A DNA stretch of 64,000 nucleotides from Eubacteriales bacterium (GTDB lineage: Bacteria; Bacillota; Clostridia; Oscillospirales; CAG-382): NCBI GenBank assembly GCA_045544855.1, contig JAZPZV010000010.1, positions 8,410 to 72,409 on the forward strand, written 5' to 3'. Each line of letters starts with the position of its first letter. The first letter of the stretch is position 1. Made by a program: the position numbers and the translations under genes. Shown one piece after another: positions 53,887-62,904 of this stretch. A model generated the notes under the pieces. It did not search any database and was not told where the DNA came from. It was given only the letters and a program-made list of their open reading frames with translations.

Positions 53887-54837
53887 ATGGACGCTGTGGC
53901 TGTCTCTCTCAGAAATTTTTTCCTGACCTTCGTGCTGGCGCTTGCCTTGTTCGGTTGGTTGGGCATAGAATACTACGATGAATTGGAAGCTCTTTTGCCT
54001 ACCGGGGACGGGGAGGTTTCCGAGGAGTCTTCCCGGGAGGAATCCTCTACCGAGGAGCAGTCCGGTCCCGGGAGCATCCTGCTTCCCGGCGGGGGGGACG
54101 ACTTGGGCAAGCTCAACGGCCTGGTGGTGACCAAGAACGAAAAGGGCGAGGTCACCAAGGCGGAGTTCGTGCGGTTGAATTCCGACCGCAGGATCGTGCT
54201 TTCCTGTGAACTGCCCCTCAGTGCCACCTTGTACAACGAGGTGGGCGTGATGGTGCCGCTCAGAGATTTTCTCCGGATCTACGATAAAGAGGTTTCTTCC
54301 GTGGCCATCGCTTCCTTGACCGGCTTCCACGGGGATTTTTACCTGGAGCTTTCCGTGGATGCGCTGGATGCGCTGGTGGCTCATATGGATTCCCCCCATT
54401 TCATGATCCCTCAGGAGATCAGCTACGTCAATCCCGCCTATGCGGGTGTAACGGAGTTCCCCGGGGGCAAGGTGCCTGCGGATTATTGGAAGCACGTGGA
54501 CGCGGGCAATATCACCATGACGGAGGATATTCTGGCCATCCTGCGGGAGCACTACAGCTTGTGTGACGGCTCCGACGGCCACGGCAGCTACGCCGCCTTG
54601 GCAAACTCCATGCTGAATTCCTTCGTGGAGCAGCTGCGGACGGAGCAGAAGGATCTGATGCTTTCCGACCCTCAGCGCTTTGCCGCGGCTTTGTCCGGGA
54701 TGAACACCAATATGGACGGTGCTTTCTTAGAGCAGTGGGGAGAGCTTCTTTCCAAATTTGAGTCCTACAAGAAGGTGGAGATCACCTACACCACCAGAGA
54801 CGCCACCCTGAAGGCCTTTAAGGAAGCGGATCAATAA
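53887..54837 (+). CDS. hypothetical membrane-anchored protein (possibly LCP-like; weak)
   Basis: 316 aa from MDAVAVSLRNFF. TM segment LTFVLALALFGWL, an acidic S/E linker, and a globular extracytoplasmic domain. Confidence 0.65.
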   Translation: MDAVAVSLRNFFLTFVLALALFGWLGIEYYDELEALLPTGDGEVSEESSREESSTEEQSGPGSILLPGGGDDLGKLNGLVVTKNEKGEVTKAEFVRLNSDRRIVLSCELPLSATLYNEVGVMVPLRDFLRIYDKEVSSVAIASLTGFHGDFYLELSVDALDALVAHMDSPHFMIPQEISYVNPAYAGVTEFPGGKVPADYWKHVDAGNITMTEDILAILREHYSLCDGSDGHGSYAALANSMLNSFVEQLRTEQKDLMLSDPQRFAAALSGMNTNMDGAFLEQWGELLSKFESYKKVEITYTTRDATLKAFKEADQ

Positions 54838-54883
54838 GGTAGCTTTTCCCGCAAAAAGGGTCGAAAAAAAGTGGGAATCCCTC

Positions 54884-54912
54884 TTGCAAAATGAAAATCT
54901 TTGTGATATAGT
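54884..54912 (+). promoter_or_regulatory. sigma-A-type promoter of the ferredoxin gene
   Basis: TTGCAA, 17-nt spacer, TATAGT. Confidence 0.6.
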
Positions 54913-54943
54913 ATAGGTACACTAATTTTTGGAGGTATTCGCA

Positions 54944-55117
54944 ATGGCTTTCTCTATTGATAAGGACGCTTGCCTGGGTTGTGGCGCATGCGAGGGTGAG
55001 TGCCCCGTAGGTGCTATCCATGCTGATGCTGACGGCAAGTACGAGATCGATGCAGACGCTTGTCTGGATTGCGGCGCTTGTGAAGGCGTTTGCCCCGTTG
55101 GCGCTGCTAAGGCGTAA
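54944..55117 (+). CDS. 2x[4Fe-4S] clostridial-type ferredoxin (57 aa)
   Basis: Two CxxCxxCxxxCP motifs (CLGCGACEGECP, CLDCGACEGVCP). GGAGG RBS. Confidence 0.9.
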   Translation: MAFSIDKDACLGCGACEGECPVGAIHADADGKYEIDADACLDCGACEGVCPVGAAKA

Positions 55118-55144
55118 GGCTTATTAAAACCGAACGGCGAAATG

Positions 55145-55181
55145 CGCTCCCTGAGTTCTCCTCCGGGAGCGTCTTTTGTTT
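55145..55181 (+). terminator. intrinsic terminator after the ferredoxin gene
   Basis: Stem CGCTCCC / GGGAGCG followed by TCTTTTGTTT. Confidence 0.6.
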
Positions 55182-55202
55182 GGGCGGGAAGGAGGATGGA
55201 TC

Positions 55203-55952
55203 ATGGAATACGGCTTGGTGGAGACAGCCGTCAACGGCGGGCTGACGATCAAGGAATTCAAAGAGGGCATCCGCTTTGGAACGGATGCGTTGCTCCTTTC
55301 CTATTTTGCCAAGGACCGTTTGGGGAGCGGTGTCTGTGCCGATTTCGGTACGGGAAGTGGGGTGCTGCCCCTGCTCCTTGCCGCCGCGGGTTGCAAATGC
55401 GACTTTCTGGCGGTGGAATTACAGGAAAAATACGCTTCCCTTGCAAGAGAAAACGCCGTTTCCAACGGTTTTGGGGAAAAGATCTCCGTTTTACGGGGGG
55501 ATCTGCGGGAATACCGCCACCTGTTCCCTGCGGGGAGCTTGCAGGCGGTGATCAGCAACCCGCCCTACCTGCCTGCGGGAAGCGGCAAGCAAAACCTGAC
55601 TTTGGAAAAACGCACGGCGTGGCATGACGATACTCTGCCTGCGGAAAGCTTGGCAAAGGCCGCCTCCTGGGGTCTTTCCACGGGTGGTAAATTCTTCTGC
55701 GTGTACCTGCCCTCCCGCATGGTAGGGCTGATGGACGCCTTGAAGAGAAACCGCCTTGAGCCCAAGCGGATGCGGCTGGTGGTGCCTGCCCATGGGGAAG
55801 CGCCCTCTCTGCTTTTGCTGGAGGCGCGGAAGGACGGGGCCGAGGGTCTGGAGATCCTGCCGGAATTGCCCCTGTACACCGACGTTTCCCGCAAGGAGGA
55901 ATCCCCGCAGCTTTTGCAGATCAAGAATTTCTATAAACTGTTTGAGGAATGA
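55203..55952 (+). CDS. SAM-dependent methyltransferase, tRNA1(Val) m6A37 (TrmN6/YfiC)-like
   Basis: DFGTGSGVLPLLLA motif I and NPPY motif (VISNPPYLPAG). GGAAGGAGG RBS. Confidence 0.8.
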   Translation: MEYGLVETAVNGGLTIKEFKEGIRFGTDALLLSYFAKDRLGSGVCADFGTGSGVLPLLLAAAGCKCDFLAVELQEKYASLARENAVSNGFGEKISVLRGDLREYRHLFPAGSLQAVISNPPYLPAGSGKQNLTLEKRTAWHDDTLPAESLAKAASWGLSTGGKFFCVYLPSRMVGLMDALKRNRLEPKRMRLVVPAHGEAPSLLLLEARKDGAEGLEILPELPLYTDVSRKEESPQLLQIKNFYKLFEE

Positions 55953-55955
55953 AGT

Positions 55956-56558
55956 ATGAACGTATACGATTGGGTCAAGGACCTTGCATCCCCTTCTCCC
56001 GCACCCGGCGGAGGAGGCGCCTCCGCTTTGGCGGGGGCTTTGGCGGCGGCTTTGGGCTCTATGGTGGCAAATCTCACCACGGGGAAGAAGAAATACGCCG
56101 CTTATCAGCAGGATATTGAGAGGATTCTGGAAGAGACCGCTTTTTTGACGGACAGACTTTACGGTTTGATCAAAAAGGACGAGGAGGCGTTTCTGCCTCT
56201 TTCCAAGGCTTACGGAATCCCCAAGGAGGATCCCGCACGGGGCGAGGTTCTGGAAGCCGCTTTGCGCATCGCCGCAGAGCCGCCTATGGAGATGCTTGCC
56301 GCTCTTGCTCAGCTGCCGCCCATTTTAGAGGAGCTTTTGGAAAAAGGAAGCCGTCTTGCCGTCAGCGACGTGGGCTGTGCCGCTACCTTCTGTGCTTCCG
56401 CGGCACAGGGGGCGTTGCTGAATCTGTTTGTGAATACCCGCCTGATGGCGGATCAAGAATACGCTTTGGAGCAAAACGGAAGGGCTGTTCTGTTGGAGCA
56501 GGAGATCCGTACCCGTTGCGAGAACGTTTACAGGGCGGTGAAGGAGGGATTGGAATGA
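55956..56558 (+). CDS. fchA: cyclodeaminase/cyclohydrolase-family protein (methenyl-THF cyclohydrolase FchA-like)
   Basis: SPSPAPGGGGASALAGALAAALGSMVANLT, the signature of the FTCD C-terminal family. Confidence 0.85.
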   Translation: MNVYDWVKDLASPSPAPGGGGASALAGALAAALGSMVANLTTGKKKYAAYQQDIERILEETAFLTDRLYGLIKKDEEAFLPLSKAYGIPKEDPARGEVLEAALRIAAEPPMEMLAALAQLPPILEELLEKGSRLAVSDVGCAATFCASAAQGALLNLFVNTRLMADQEYALEQNGRAVLLEQEIRTRCENVYRAVKEGLE

Positions 56559-57406
56559 CGCTTTGGAAGGGCGCTCCCGTGGCGAAAGCCATTGTGGAGG
56601 AAATGATCCCCCGGGTGGAGGAGCTGAAGGCCAAGGGGGTCACCCCCCGCTTGGCGGTGATCCGCGTTGGGGAAAGAGAGGACGACCTCTCTTACGAACG
56701 GGGGTTGACCAAGCGATTCGCTTCCGCAGGAGCAGAGGTGGAGACGGCGGCTTTGCCCGCAGACGTGACCCAGGAGGAATTGGAACGCTGTATTCTGGAA
56801 TTGAACGGACGAAAAGACGTTCACGGGATCTTGATGTTTTCCCCCTTGCCCAAATCCTTGAACGAAGCCCGTGCCAGGGCGTTGCTTTCCCCTGCCAAGG
56901 ACGTGGATTGTCTCACCGACGCCAACGCTTACTGCGTGTATGCGGGGAAGACCACCGAAGGTGTTCCCGGGTATCCGCCTTGTACCCCGAAAGCGGTTTT
57001 GGAGCTGTTGGATTTTTACGGATACGACCTTGCGGGGAAGAACGTCACCGTGGTGGGAAGAAGCGCCGTTGTGGGCAAGCCCCTTGCCATGCTGCTTTTG
57101 CAACGCAACGCCACCGTCACCATCTGCCATACCAAGACCCGTGATCTTGCCGCCGCTTGCAAACAGGCGGATCTGGTGGTGGTCTGCGCAGGGAAGGCGG
57201 GGTTGATCGGCAAAGAGCATATCACCCCCGGGCAATCCGTGGTGGACGTGGGCATCCACGTGGTAGACGGCAACCTCTGCGGCGACGTTGACCCCGCCGT
57301 GGGGGAGATCGCGGAAGGATATACCCCCGTCCCCGGCGGCGTGGGCGCGGTGACCACCTCGGTGTTGTTGAAGCACACCGTGGATGCGGCAAAGAGAAGC
57401 ATATAA
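56555..57406 (+). CDS. folD: bifunctional methylene-THF dehydrogenase / methenyl-THF cyclohydrolase
   Basis: GKPVAKAI-like N-terminus, DVHGILMFSPLP, VVGRSAVVGKPLAMLL, PVPGGVGAVT. Its start overlaps the fchA stop (ATGA). Confidence 0.95.
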   Translation: MTLWKGAPVAKAIVEEMIPRVEELKAKGVTPRLAVIRVGEREDDLSYERGLTKRFASAGAEVETAALPADVTQEELERCILELNGRKDVHGILMFSPLPKSLNEARARALLSPAKDVDCLTDANAYCVYAGKTTEGVPGYPPCTPKAVLELLDFYGYDLAGKNVTVVGRSAVVGKPLAMLLLQRNATVTICHTKTRDLAAACKQADLVVVCAGKAGLIGKEHITPGQSVVDVGIHVVDGNLCGDVDPAVGEIAEGYTPVPGGVGAVTTSVLLKHTVDAAKRSI

Positions 57407-57411
57407 CGAAA

Positions 57412-57447
57412 GACCCCGACGGTTTTGCATCCGTCGGGGTTTTGTGT
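57412..57447 (+). terminator. intrinsic terminator of folD
   Basis: Stem GACCCCGACGG / CCGTCGGGGT followed by TTTGTGTTG. Confidence 0.8.
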
Positions 57448-57467
57448 TGTATGTCGGAAATCCGTAC

Positions 57468-57493
57468 GCGGGCGATTCATGAATCGCCCCTAC
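57468..57493 (-). repeat. REP element (GTAGGGGCGATTCATGAATCGCCCGC on the minus strand)
   Basis: GTAG head plus a 9-bp palindrome, 62 nt beyond the RAYT stop codon. Confidence 0.85.
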
Positions 57494-57554
57494 AGACACG
57501 CAGGGGGGGAAAGGCAAAGCATGAACGTATTCCCCCGCAGGAAGAACGTGCGGG

Positions 57555-58112
57555 TTACAGACCTTCCTTGCAGAAGCAGTCAAACTGCCATTTCTGGGGA
57601 TTGGTAAGGATATAGTGTGTGATCGCTTCGTGGTCTTGAGGGTTTCGGATGATATGGTCGTGAAAGTTCCGTTGCCAGACACGTTGGTAGCCGAATCGGG
57701 TGCGGAGCTCCTTGGAGGCGTTCATTTTGAGGTAGCCCATGGCTTTCGATAGCGTTGACCTCTTTTTTTGTAGGGGCGATTCACGAATCGCCCGCATCAG
57801 CTCCGGGATGATCACGATCATGTGGATATGGTTGGGCATAATGACGTACTGCTCTATCTCTACGCCCAACCGGGAGGGAAGGTTGCGGATGATCCTGTCA
57901 ACGATCTGCCCTTGCTCCGTCAGAACGACAGAGGGCATTTCTTCCATAGAGCCAAAGGTATCGTGATCGGGCAGGCCTCCCACCACTTTGGAGAGAAATT
58001 GCCGCCTTTGATGGGTACAAATGGTAATAAACCGTGTGCCGGGCGTGTTGTAATCAAACCCTTCCAGCCGCGGATTTTTTCGTTTTGGAAGATTGTTCAT
58101 ATCTTTTTCCAT
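57555..58112 (-). CDS. REP-associated tyrosine transposase (RAYT; IS200/IS605 Y1 HUH family)
   Basis: EGFDYNTPGTRFITICT and the HUH motif MPNHIHMIV. C-terminal region with YQRVWQRNFHDHIIR. Its ATG overlaps the U32 stop codon (TAATG). Confidence 0.85.
   Translation of the reverse strand: MEKDMNNLPKRKNPRLEGFDYNTPGTRFITICTHQRRQFLSKVVGGLPDHDTFGSMEEMPSVVLTEQGQIVDRIIRNLPSRLGVEIEQYVIMPNHIHMIVIIPELMRAIRESPLQKKRSTLSKAMGYLKMNASKELRTRFGYQRVWQRNFHDHIIRNPQDHEAITHYILTNPQKWQFDCFCKEGL
57770..57795 (+). repeat. REP element, inverted copy, inside the RAYT coding sequence
   Basis: GTAGGGGCGATTCACGAATCGCCCGC on the plus strand. Encodes RAIRESPLQ of the RAYT protein. Confidence 0.85.
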
Positions 58113-59869
58113 TACCGTCTCGTATAATTCCCCTTCGGCAAGGCGGAATTGCGGTAGGCTTCAACGATAGAACCCATTTCCGTTTCCGTTTCGGTGGTGA
58201 ACAGCAAGGTCAGAAGTCCCACGCCGCTTTTTTTCAGTTCCTTGCGCTTATCCAAGCGGTAGGTGGGCAGGGAATTGTAGATCAGATTTCTGTGTCCGTT
58301 TCCCCGCAGGATAGGGAAGGATGCCCCCGTTCTGTCCACCAAGGAAGCGTGGCATTGCCCGCGGCTGTGGGTGCAATCCCCCTTCACGTTGCGGATGATA
58401 CAGGTCTCGGTGTGCATGAGAGGCAGTCTGCCGTAGCCCAAGGCCTCGTAGGCCAAAGGGGAGAAGCCGAACTCCTTGGGGTCGCTTTCCGGAGAAAGGA
58501 ACAGGGAGGAGAAGGAATAGCCCGTGAGCAGCTTTGCCGTCTCCTTGTTGAACACGTTGAGAGGATAATCCCCGTGGAGGTAGAACTCCTTCACCAAATG
58601 CAATCCCGAGAGGTTGGGGACGGTGGCGTGGCGGACGCCTTTTGCGTAAGCTTTTTCCAAAAGCTTTTTGATCTGCCCTTCCTCACGGTCGAAGGTGACC
58701 CTGGGCAGAATCACGCTGATCTTGCTTTCAAGCCCCTTGATATCGGCTTCCTCCAGCCGCCAAAGGGGGATGTCGATACGGGCGGCGTCGGCAAAGGGGG
58801 AGAGATCCCTCGGGATCCTGCCTTCAAACCGTGCCACGTAGCCCAACTGCTCCTTGGGGGAGAACAGGCGGGAGGGGTCCTTTTCCGGCAATACCATGGG
58901 CAGGGGTACTTCCTCCGTTTTCTGCCTTACGTAGGGCAGGGGCAGGCGGGGAGTGTTCTGCACCTTGGCGGTGTTTTTCTTGTCCTCTTCTCTGCGGATA
59001 CCGAACATACGGGGATCCACCTGCTTGTTGTAGTACCCTGCGGTGAACCCACTGCGGGAGAAGGCGTTTTCCAGCCGCTTCAGCTCCGCCTCCGTGGGAA
59101 CGCGACCTTCGTCCAGCAGACGGCGGTACACGCTTGTCACGGCGTAGACGTAATCGGGGGCTTTCATCCGCCCCTCGATCTTCAAGGCGGTGACTCCCAT
59201 TTCGTTCAGTTCGGTCAAATAAGGCGCCAGACAGTTGTCCTTCAAAGACAGGGGATAGGGATTCTTCCCCTTGTAGGGCAGACGGCAGGGCTGAGCGCAT
59301 TCTCCACGGTTGCCGCTTCTCCTGCCGATCATGGAGGACATAAGACAGCCCCCGCTTTCGCAAACGCAAAGAGCCCCATGGACGAAGACCTCGCTTTCCA
59401 CCCCGCTGTTTTTTACGAAGGAGGCGATGTCTTCTTTTGCCATCTCGCGAGCCAGCACCACCCGGGAAAAGCCCAGATCCTGCAAAAGCTTGCCCCCCCG
59501 GGAGGCGTGCTGGCGAAGCTGAGTGCTGGCGTGGAGGACTGCCTCGGGGAAGCGTTCCTTCAACGCCTTTGCAAGCCCCAGATCCTGAACGATGTAGGCG
59601 TGGGGGCGAACTTCCTTTTGCAGAAAGTCCACGTACTGCAAAACGTCTGTAAACTCCTTGTCACGGATCAACGTGTTCAAGGTGATGAGGAGATGGACGT
59701 TGTGTTCTCTGCAGAGCTTGCCCGCTTGCTGTAATTGCTTTTCGTCAAAATTCTTCGCCCCTGCGCGGGCGTTGAACTGCATACCCCCCAGGTACACCTC
59801 GTCCGCACCGCCGTCAATGGCGGCACGCAGGGCGTCAAAGCTTCCCGCAGGGGAGAGCAGCAGTGCCAT
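58112..59869 (-). CDS. peptidase U32 family protein
   Basis: LLSPAGSFDALRAAIDGGADEVYLGG N-terminus and a conserved Cys-rich ECAQPCRLPY region. 585 aa. Confidence 0.9.
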   Translation of the reverse strand: MALLLSPAGSFDALRAAIDGGADEVYLGGMQFNARAGAKNFDEKQLQQAGKLCREHNVHLLITLNTLIRDKEFTDVLQYVDFLQKEVRPHAYIVQDLGLAKALKERFPEAVLHASTQLRQHASRGGKLLQDLGFSRVVLAREMAKEDIASFVKNSGVESEVFVHGALCVCESGGCLMSSMIGRRSGNRGECAQPCRLPYKGKNPYPLSLKDNCLAPYLTELNEMGVTALKIEGRMKAPDYVYAVTSVYRRLLDEGRVPTEAELKRLENAFSRSGFTAGYYNKQVDPRMFGIRREEDKKNTAKVQNTPRLPLPYVRQKTEEVPLPMVLPEKDPSRLFSPKEQLGYVARFEGRIPRDLSPFADAARIDIPLWRLEEADIKGLESKISVILPRVTFDREEGQIKKLLEKAYAKGVRHATVPNLSGLHLVKEFYLHGDYPLNVFNKETAKLLTGYSFSSLFLSPESDPKEFGFSPLAYEALGYGRLPLMHTETCIIRNVKGDCTHSRGQCHASLVDRTGASFPILRGNGHRNLIYNSLPTYRLDKRKELKKSGVGLLTLLFTTETETEMGSIVEAYRNSALPKGNYTRR

Positions 59870-61245
59870 TATTTGTATGCGATCTCACGAACGCGGAGAT
59901 CGCCGTAGTTTGCGGAAATACGCAGGGCATCCTTTTCAAAGGAGAACACCTGGGTATGAGGGGTGTCGGGGTGCTTGCAGATCACCTTCACCACGTCTCC
60001 GCACGTCTCGTAGGCACAGCGAAGATGCAATTCCTCGATCCACCCGTAGTGGGGGTCCAGGGTGTTGATGGAGGGGTTGCAGTATCTCAGCATGGGGGCG
60101 CAATCCACCCACTTGCCGTTCCCCGCCAGAATGGTCTGGACACCGTATTGGGTCTCCAACCGCACACGGAGGATCTCTCCCTCCGTATCCAGCTTGGCAG
60201 AACGGAGCTCTACGTCGTTGGGAACAAAGTCGCAGGCTTTGCGGATCTCTCCCTCGGCGGGCAGGGTGTCGTAATGATGCTCCACCTGGGAGAGCAGCTC
60301 TCCCTCTGCGGAAAGATCCTCTTCCTCAATGGCGTCCAGCAGAGCGTAGATCCGCTCCACCTCGATCTGCATATTTCCCGCCTCCGCCTGGAGGGCAAAC
60401 ACCGTGTCCTCCTCGGGGAGGACGATACAAAGCTGACCGTAAGCCCCGTCCCCACGGAAGCCGCCCCGGTGGTTCACCCAGAATTGATAGCCGTAGCCTG
60501 CTACCCAGTCGGGAGTGCCGTTGCTGCTGTTGTCGGCAATGGGTCGGACCGCCATGTCGCACCATTCCTCGCTGACCACGCGGACACCGTTATAGACGCC
60601 CTTGTTCTTCATCAGCATACCCATGCGGAACAGGTGATCGATGGGCAGGAAGATGCCGATGCCTCCCGTATGGGTGCCGTCGGCAAGGGTGAGGACCTGG
60701 GGCTTGGGAATGCCCAGCTTGGAGAAGAGATGCTTCTCCATAAAATCGTTGAGCTTCATACCGCTTCTCTTTTCCACCGCCGCACCGCAAACGCAGGTGC
60801 CCCCTGTGGAATACACGAAGGTGGTGCCGGGCTGATACACCACGGGCATGGCAAGGAAGGTCTTTACCGCATTGGCAGAGAACCGCATTTTATCCAGATG
60901 GCAGACGGCATGCCCCGACTGCATGGAAAGCACGTCCCCAAGGGTCATAGCGGCGAGATTTTCGGAGATCTCCTCGGGGGCACACTCCGGGAAAATGTCG
61001 ATCATTCTTTCCGTCACGTCCAGAAGTCCCATGTCGCGAGCGATGCCCACGGCCAGGGAGGTGAAGGACTTGGAGAGGGAATAGAGGTGCATGGTATCCT
61101 CTGCCTTGTAGGGAGGGAATACGGCAGAAACTTCAAGCCCCTTGCGGTACAGCTTGAAGGCGCGCAAATTCGCCCCGTCGGCGGTATTTTCCTTGACGTA
61201 TTGCAAAAGTGCCTTGGTATTACAGCTTTTGTTCCAAGTGATCAT
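59869..61245 (-). CDS. serine hydrolase, beta-lactamase/transpeptidase-like (class C/esterase type)
   Basis: SxxK motif LYSLSKSF. 458 aa from the ATG at 61245 (GAGGAAG RBS). Its stop overlaps the U32 start. Confidence 0.85.
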   Translation of the reverse strand: MITWNKSCNTKALLQYVKENTADGANLRAFKLYRKGLEVSAVFPPYKAEDTMHLYSLSKSFTSLAVGIARDMGLLDVTERMIDIFPECAPEEISENLAAMTLGDVLSMQSGHAVCHLDKMRFSANAVKTFLAMPVVYQPGTTFVYSTGGTCVCGAAVEKRSGMKLNDFMEKHLFSKLGIPKPQVLTLADGTHTGGIGIFLPIDHLFRMGMLMKNKGVYNGVRVVSEEWCDMAVRPIADNSSNGTPDWVAGYGYQFWVNHRGGFRGDGAYGQLCIVLPEEDTVFALQAEAGNMQIEVERIYALLDAIEEEDLSAEGELLSQVEHHYDTLPAEGEIRKACDFVPNDVELRSAKLDTEGEILRVRLETQYGVQTILAGNGKWVDCAPMLRYCNPSINTLDPHYGWIEELHLRCAYETCGDVVKVICKHPDTPHTQVFSFEKDALRISANYGDLRVREIAYK

Positions 61246-61318
61246 AGGGATTCTTCCTCGCTTTTTCACGTTTTCTTTCTTGATTTTAACACAAAGGAAA
61301 AGATTCCGCAAGATGAAC

Positions 61319-61347
61319 TTGACATTTTTCCGCAAAAAAGGTATAAT
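61319..61347 (+). promoter_or_regulatory. sigma-A-type promoter of the BioY-like gene
   Basis: TTGACA, 17-nt spacer, TATAAT. Confidence 0.65.
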
Positions 61348-61382
61348 CGTCCTCATAAGAAAGGGACAGGAGGATGTTTCCC

Positions 61383-61895
61383 ATGAAAAGTAAATTCTGG
61401 AAAGCGGTTTTTTCCGTGTTGCTCTTTTCCTACGCCATGGCCATCGTAGGGCCTTACGAGTATGCGGGTCTTTCTGCGGCAGTGCTGGTGATGCTGTTGG
61501 CGGGGGTGTCTATGGGGCCGTTGTGCTCTATTCTTTCCGTGGCGGTGTATCTCCTTGCGGGACTTTGGTTCCCTGTGTATATAAACGGCGGTTGCGGAGC
61601 GGGAGCCTTGTTCGGCGCTCACGGCGGATTCTTGTTGGTGCTGTTGCCCTGCGTTTTGGTGATCTCCGCATTGATCAAAGGATTGAAAAAGCATCCTCTT
61701 CTTGCGTTGCTGTTGGGCTTGGCCATTGCCTTCCTTTTGTATTTTGCCTTCGGGATCTTGTGGTACGTGATCAGCACAGGCAGCTCCTTGGTGGGCGTGC
61801 TGTCCAAGGGTTGGGGCGGCATCAGCTTGCTGTTCCTCCTGAATTGCGTGCTGGCATTCTTCGTTTCCGGTCCGCTGAAGCGTGCCATGAAGTAA
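61383..61895 (+). CDS. BioY-like ECF-transporter S component (putative)
   Basis: 170 aa, 5-6 TM helices. GGCGAGALFGAHGGFLL resembles the BioY GG..G...GP.GGY motif. ATG at 61383 lies 7 nt after GGAGG. Confidence 0.5.
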   Translation: MKSKFWKAVFSVLLFSYAMAIVGPYEYAGLSAAVLVMLLAGVSMGPLCSILSVAVYLLAGLWFPVYINGGCGAGALFGAHGGFLLVLLPCVLVISALIKGLKKHPLLALLLGLAIAFLLYFAFGILWYVISTGSSLVGVLSKGWGGISLLFLLNCVLAFFVSGPLKRAMK

Positions 61896-62178
61896 ATGTT
61901 TCCAAAGGAAGAGGCTGAGTCATTCAGAGGCAGAAGCCGTGATTTGGTTCTCGTCGGCGTATAAACATACGTCAGAGAGCCAAATCACGGCTAAAAAACT
62001 CTCAAAATTGGCAAAACTTTCTACCGAAAAACCGATTTCTCCATCGCATGCGATATCGTACGAGATGAAAAAACGATCTTTTCTTTATTTATTTGATCTT
62101 GCGTTTTTGTTCTGCGCTAAATGAATCAGTCCCTTTGATATCCTTTTACAAATGAAGTGCTTATCAAGAAAATAAGGT

Positions 62179-62886
62179 TTAGTCGAAATCAGAGCCTTCC
62201 AGCTCCATGTTGAACTCGATCCTGCTAACCTTGGGATGTTCCGCAAGGGCATGGATCTCCTCTACGGTCATGTTCATAGAGATGCAATCGAAGGATTTCA
62301 GTAAGACCACTTCCCGGTCTGCGGGCACCTCTTCCAAAGAATCGTACCCCAAAACCTCCAAAACCATATCCCTGTTGATCTCCCACTGCAAAGTTTGGAA
62401 TATCTTTCTCCGGCGATCGGTGGAGCTCTTTTGTTCTGCTTCCGTAAGATCAAAACGCTCTATCATTTCTTCGTCGGAAGCATCTCTTTCCATCCAAGCA
62501 TTTGTCTCCTCGTACGCACTGCTACTATCAAAGATAATCAGGATCCATTCGCCTTCCTCGGCGTTTTCCATCTGCTCAATCAAAGACTTGCTGATCTTAT
62601 CGGAATACTCCACGGGTACAATTTCCGAAGGCTCCGACCTCTCCTCGGAAGGTTCAACAGAAGATTCAACGGAAGGCTCTTCCGTGATTTCTTCCACAGC
62701 CTCGGAAGAAACATTTTCCGGCACGGACTCTTGTACAGAAGTTTGGCTGTTGTCCTCCGACGGCACCATAGATTCAACGTGGGAAGTCTCTGCCGACGAA
62801 GCGTCGGATGGCTCTACCGCGGCAGTCCCGCAGGAAGCTAAAAGCAAAAGTGCCACAAATAATGTTATGCAACGCATTTTACGCAT
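62179..62886 (-). CDS. hypothetical lipoprotein downstream of the S8 protease
   Basis: Lipobox LASC and a long acidic S/E/V linker. C-terminal ~90 aa ends ...VEEIHALAEHPKVSRIEFN, reminiscent of subtilase propeptide/I9 inhibitor ends. AAAGGAG RBS. Confidence 0.7.
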   Translation of the reverse strand: MRKMRCITLFVALLLLASCGTAAVEPSDASSAETSHVESMVPSEDNSQTSVQESVPENVSSEAVEEITEEPSVESSVEPSEERSEPSEIVPVEYSDKISKSLIEQMENAEEGEWILIIFDSSSAYEETNAWMERDASDEEMIERFDLTEAEQKSSTDRRRKIFQTLQWEINRDMVLEVLGYDSLEEVPADREVVLLKSFDCISMNMTVEEIHALAEHPKVSRIEFNMELEGSDFD

Positions 62887-62904
62887 ATACAAAACTCCTT
62901 TCTG

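Noticed and set aside
57425-57966. ORFs 57425-57607 (GRFMNRPY) and 57739-57966 (RGDSRIAR)
   Set aside because: These are translations of the REP palindromes and of the strand opposite the RAYT gene, not genes.
61939-62124. 61-aa ORF in the AT-rich gap after the BioY-like gene
   Set aside because: It has no RBS and a low-complexity Lys/Ser-rich translation. It overlaps the inverted-repeat structure and is probably non-coding.
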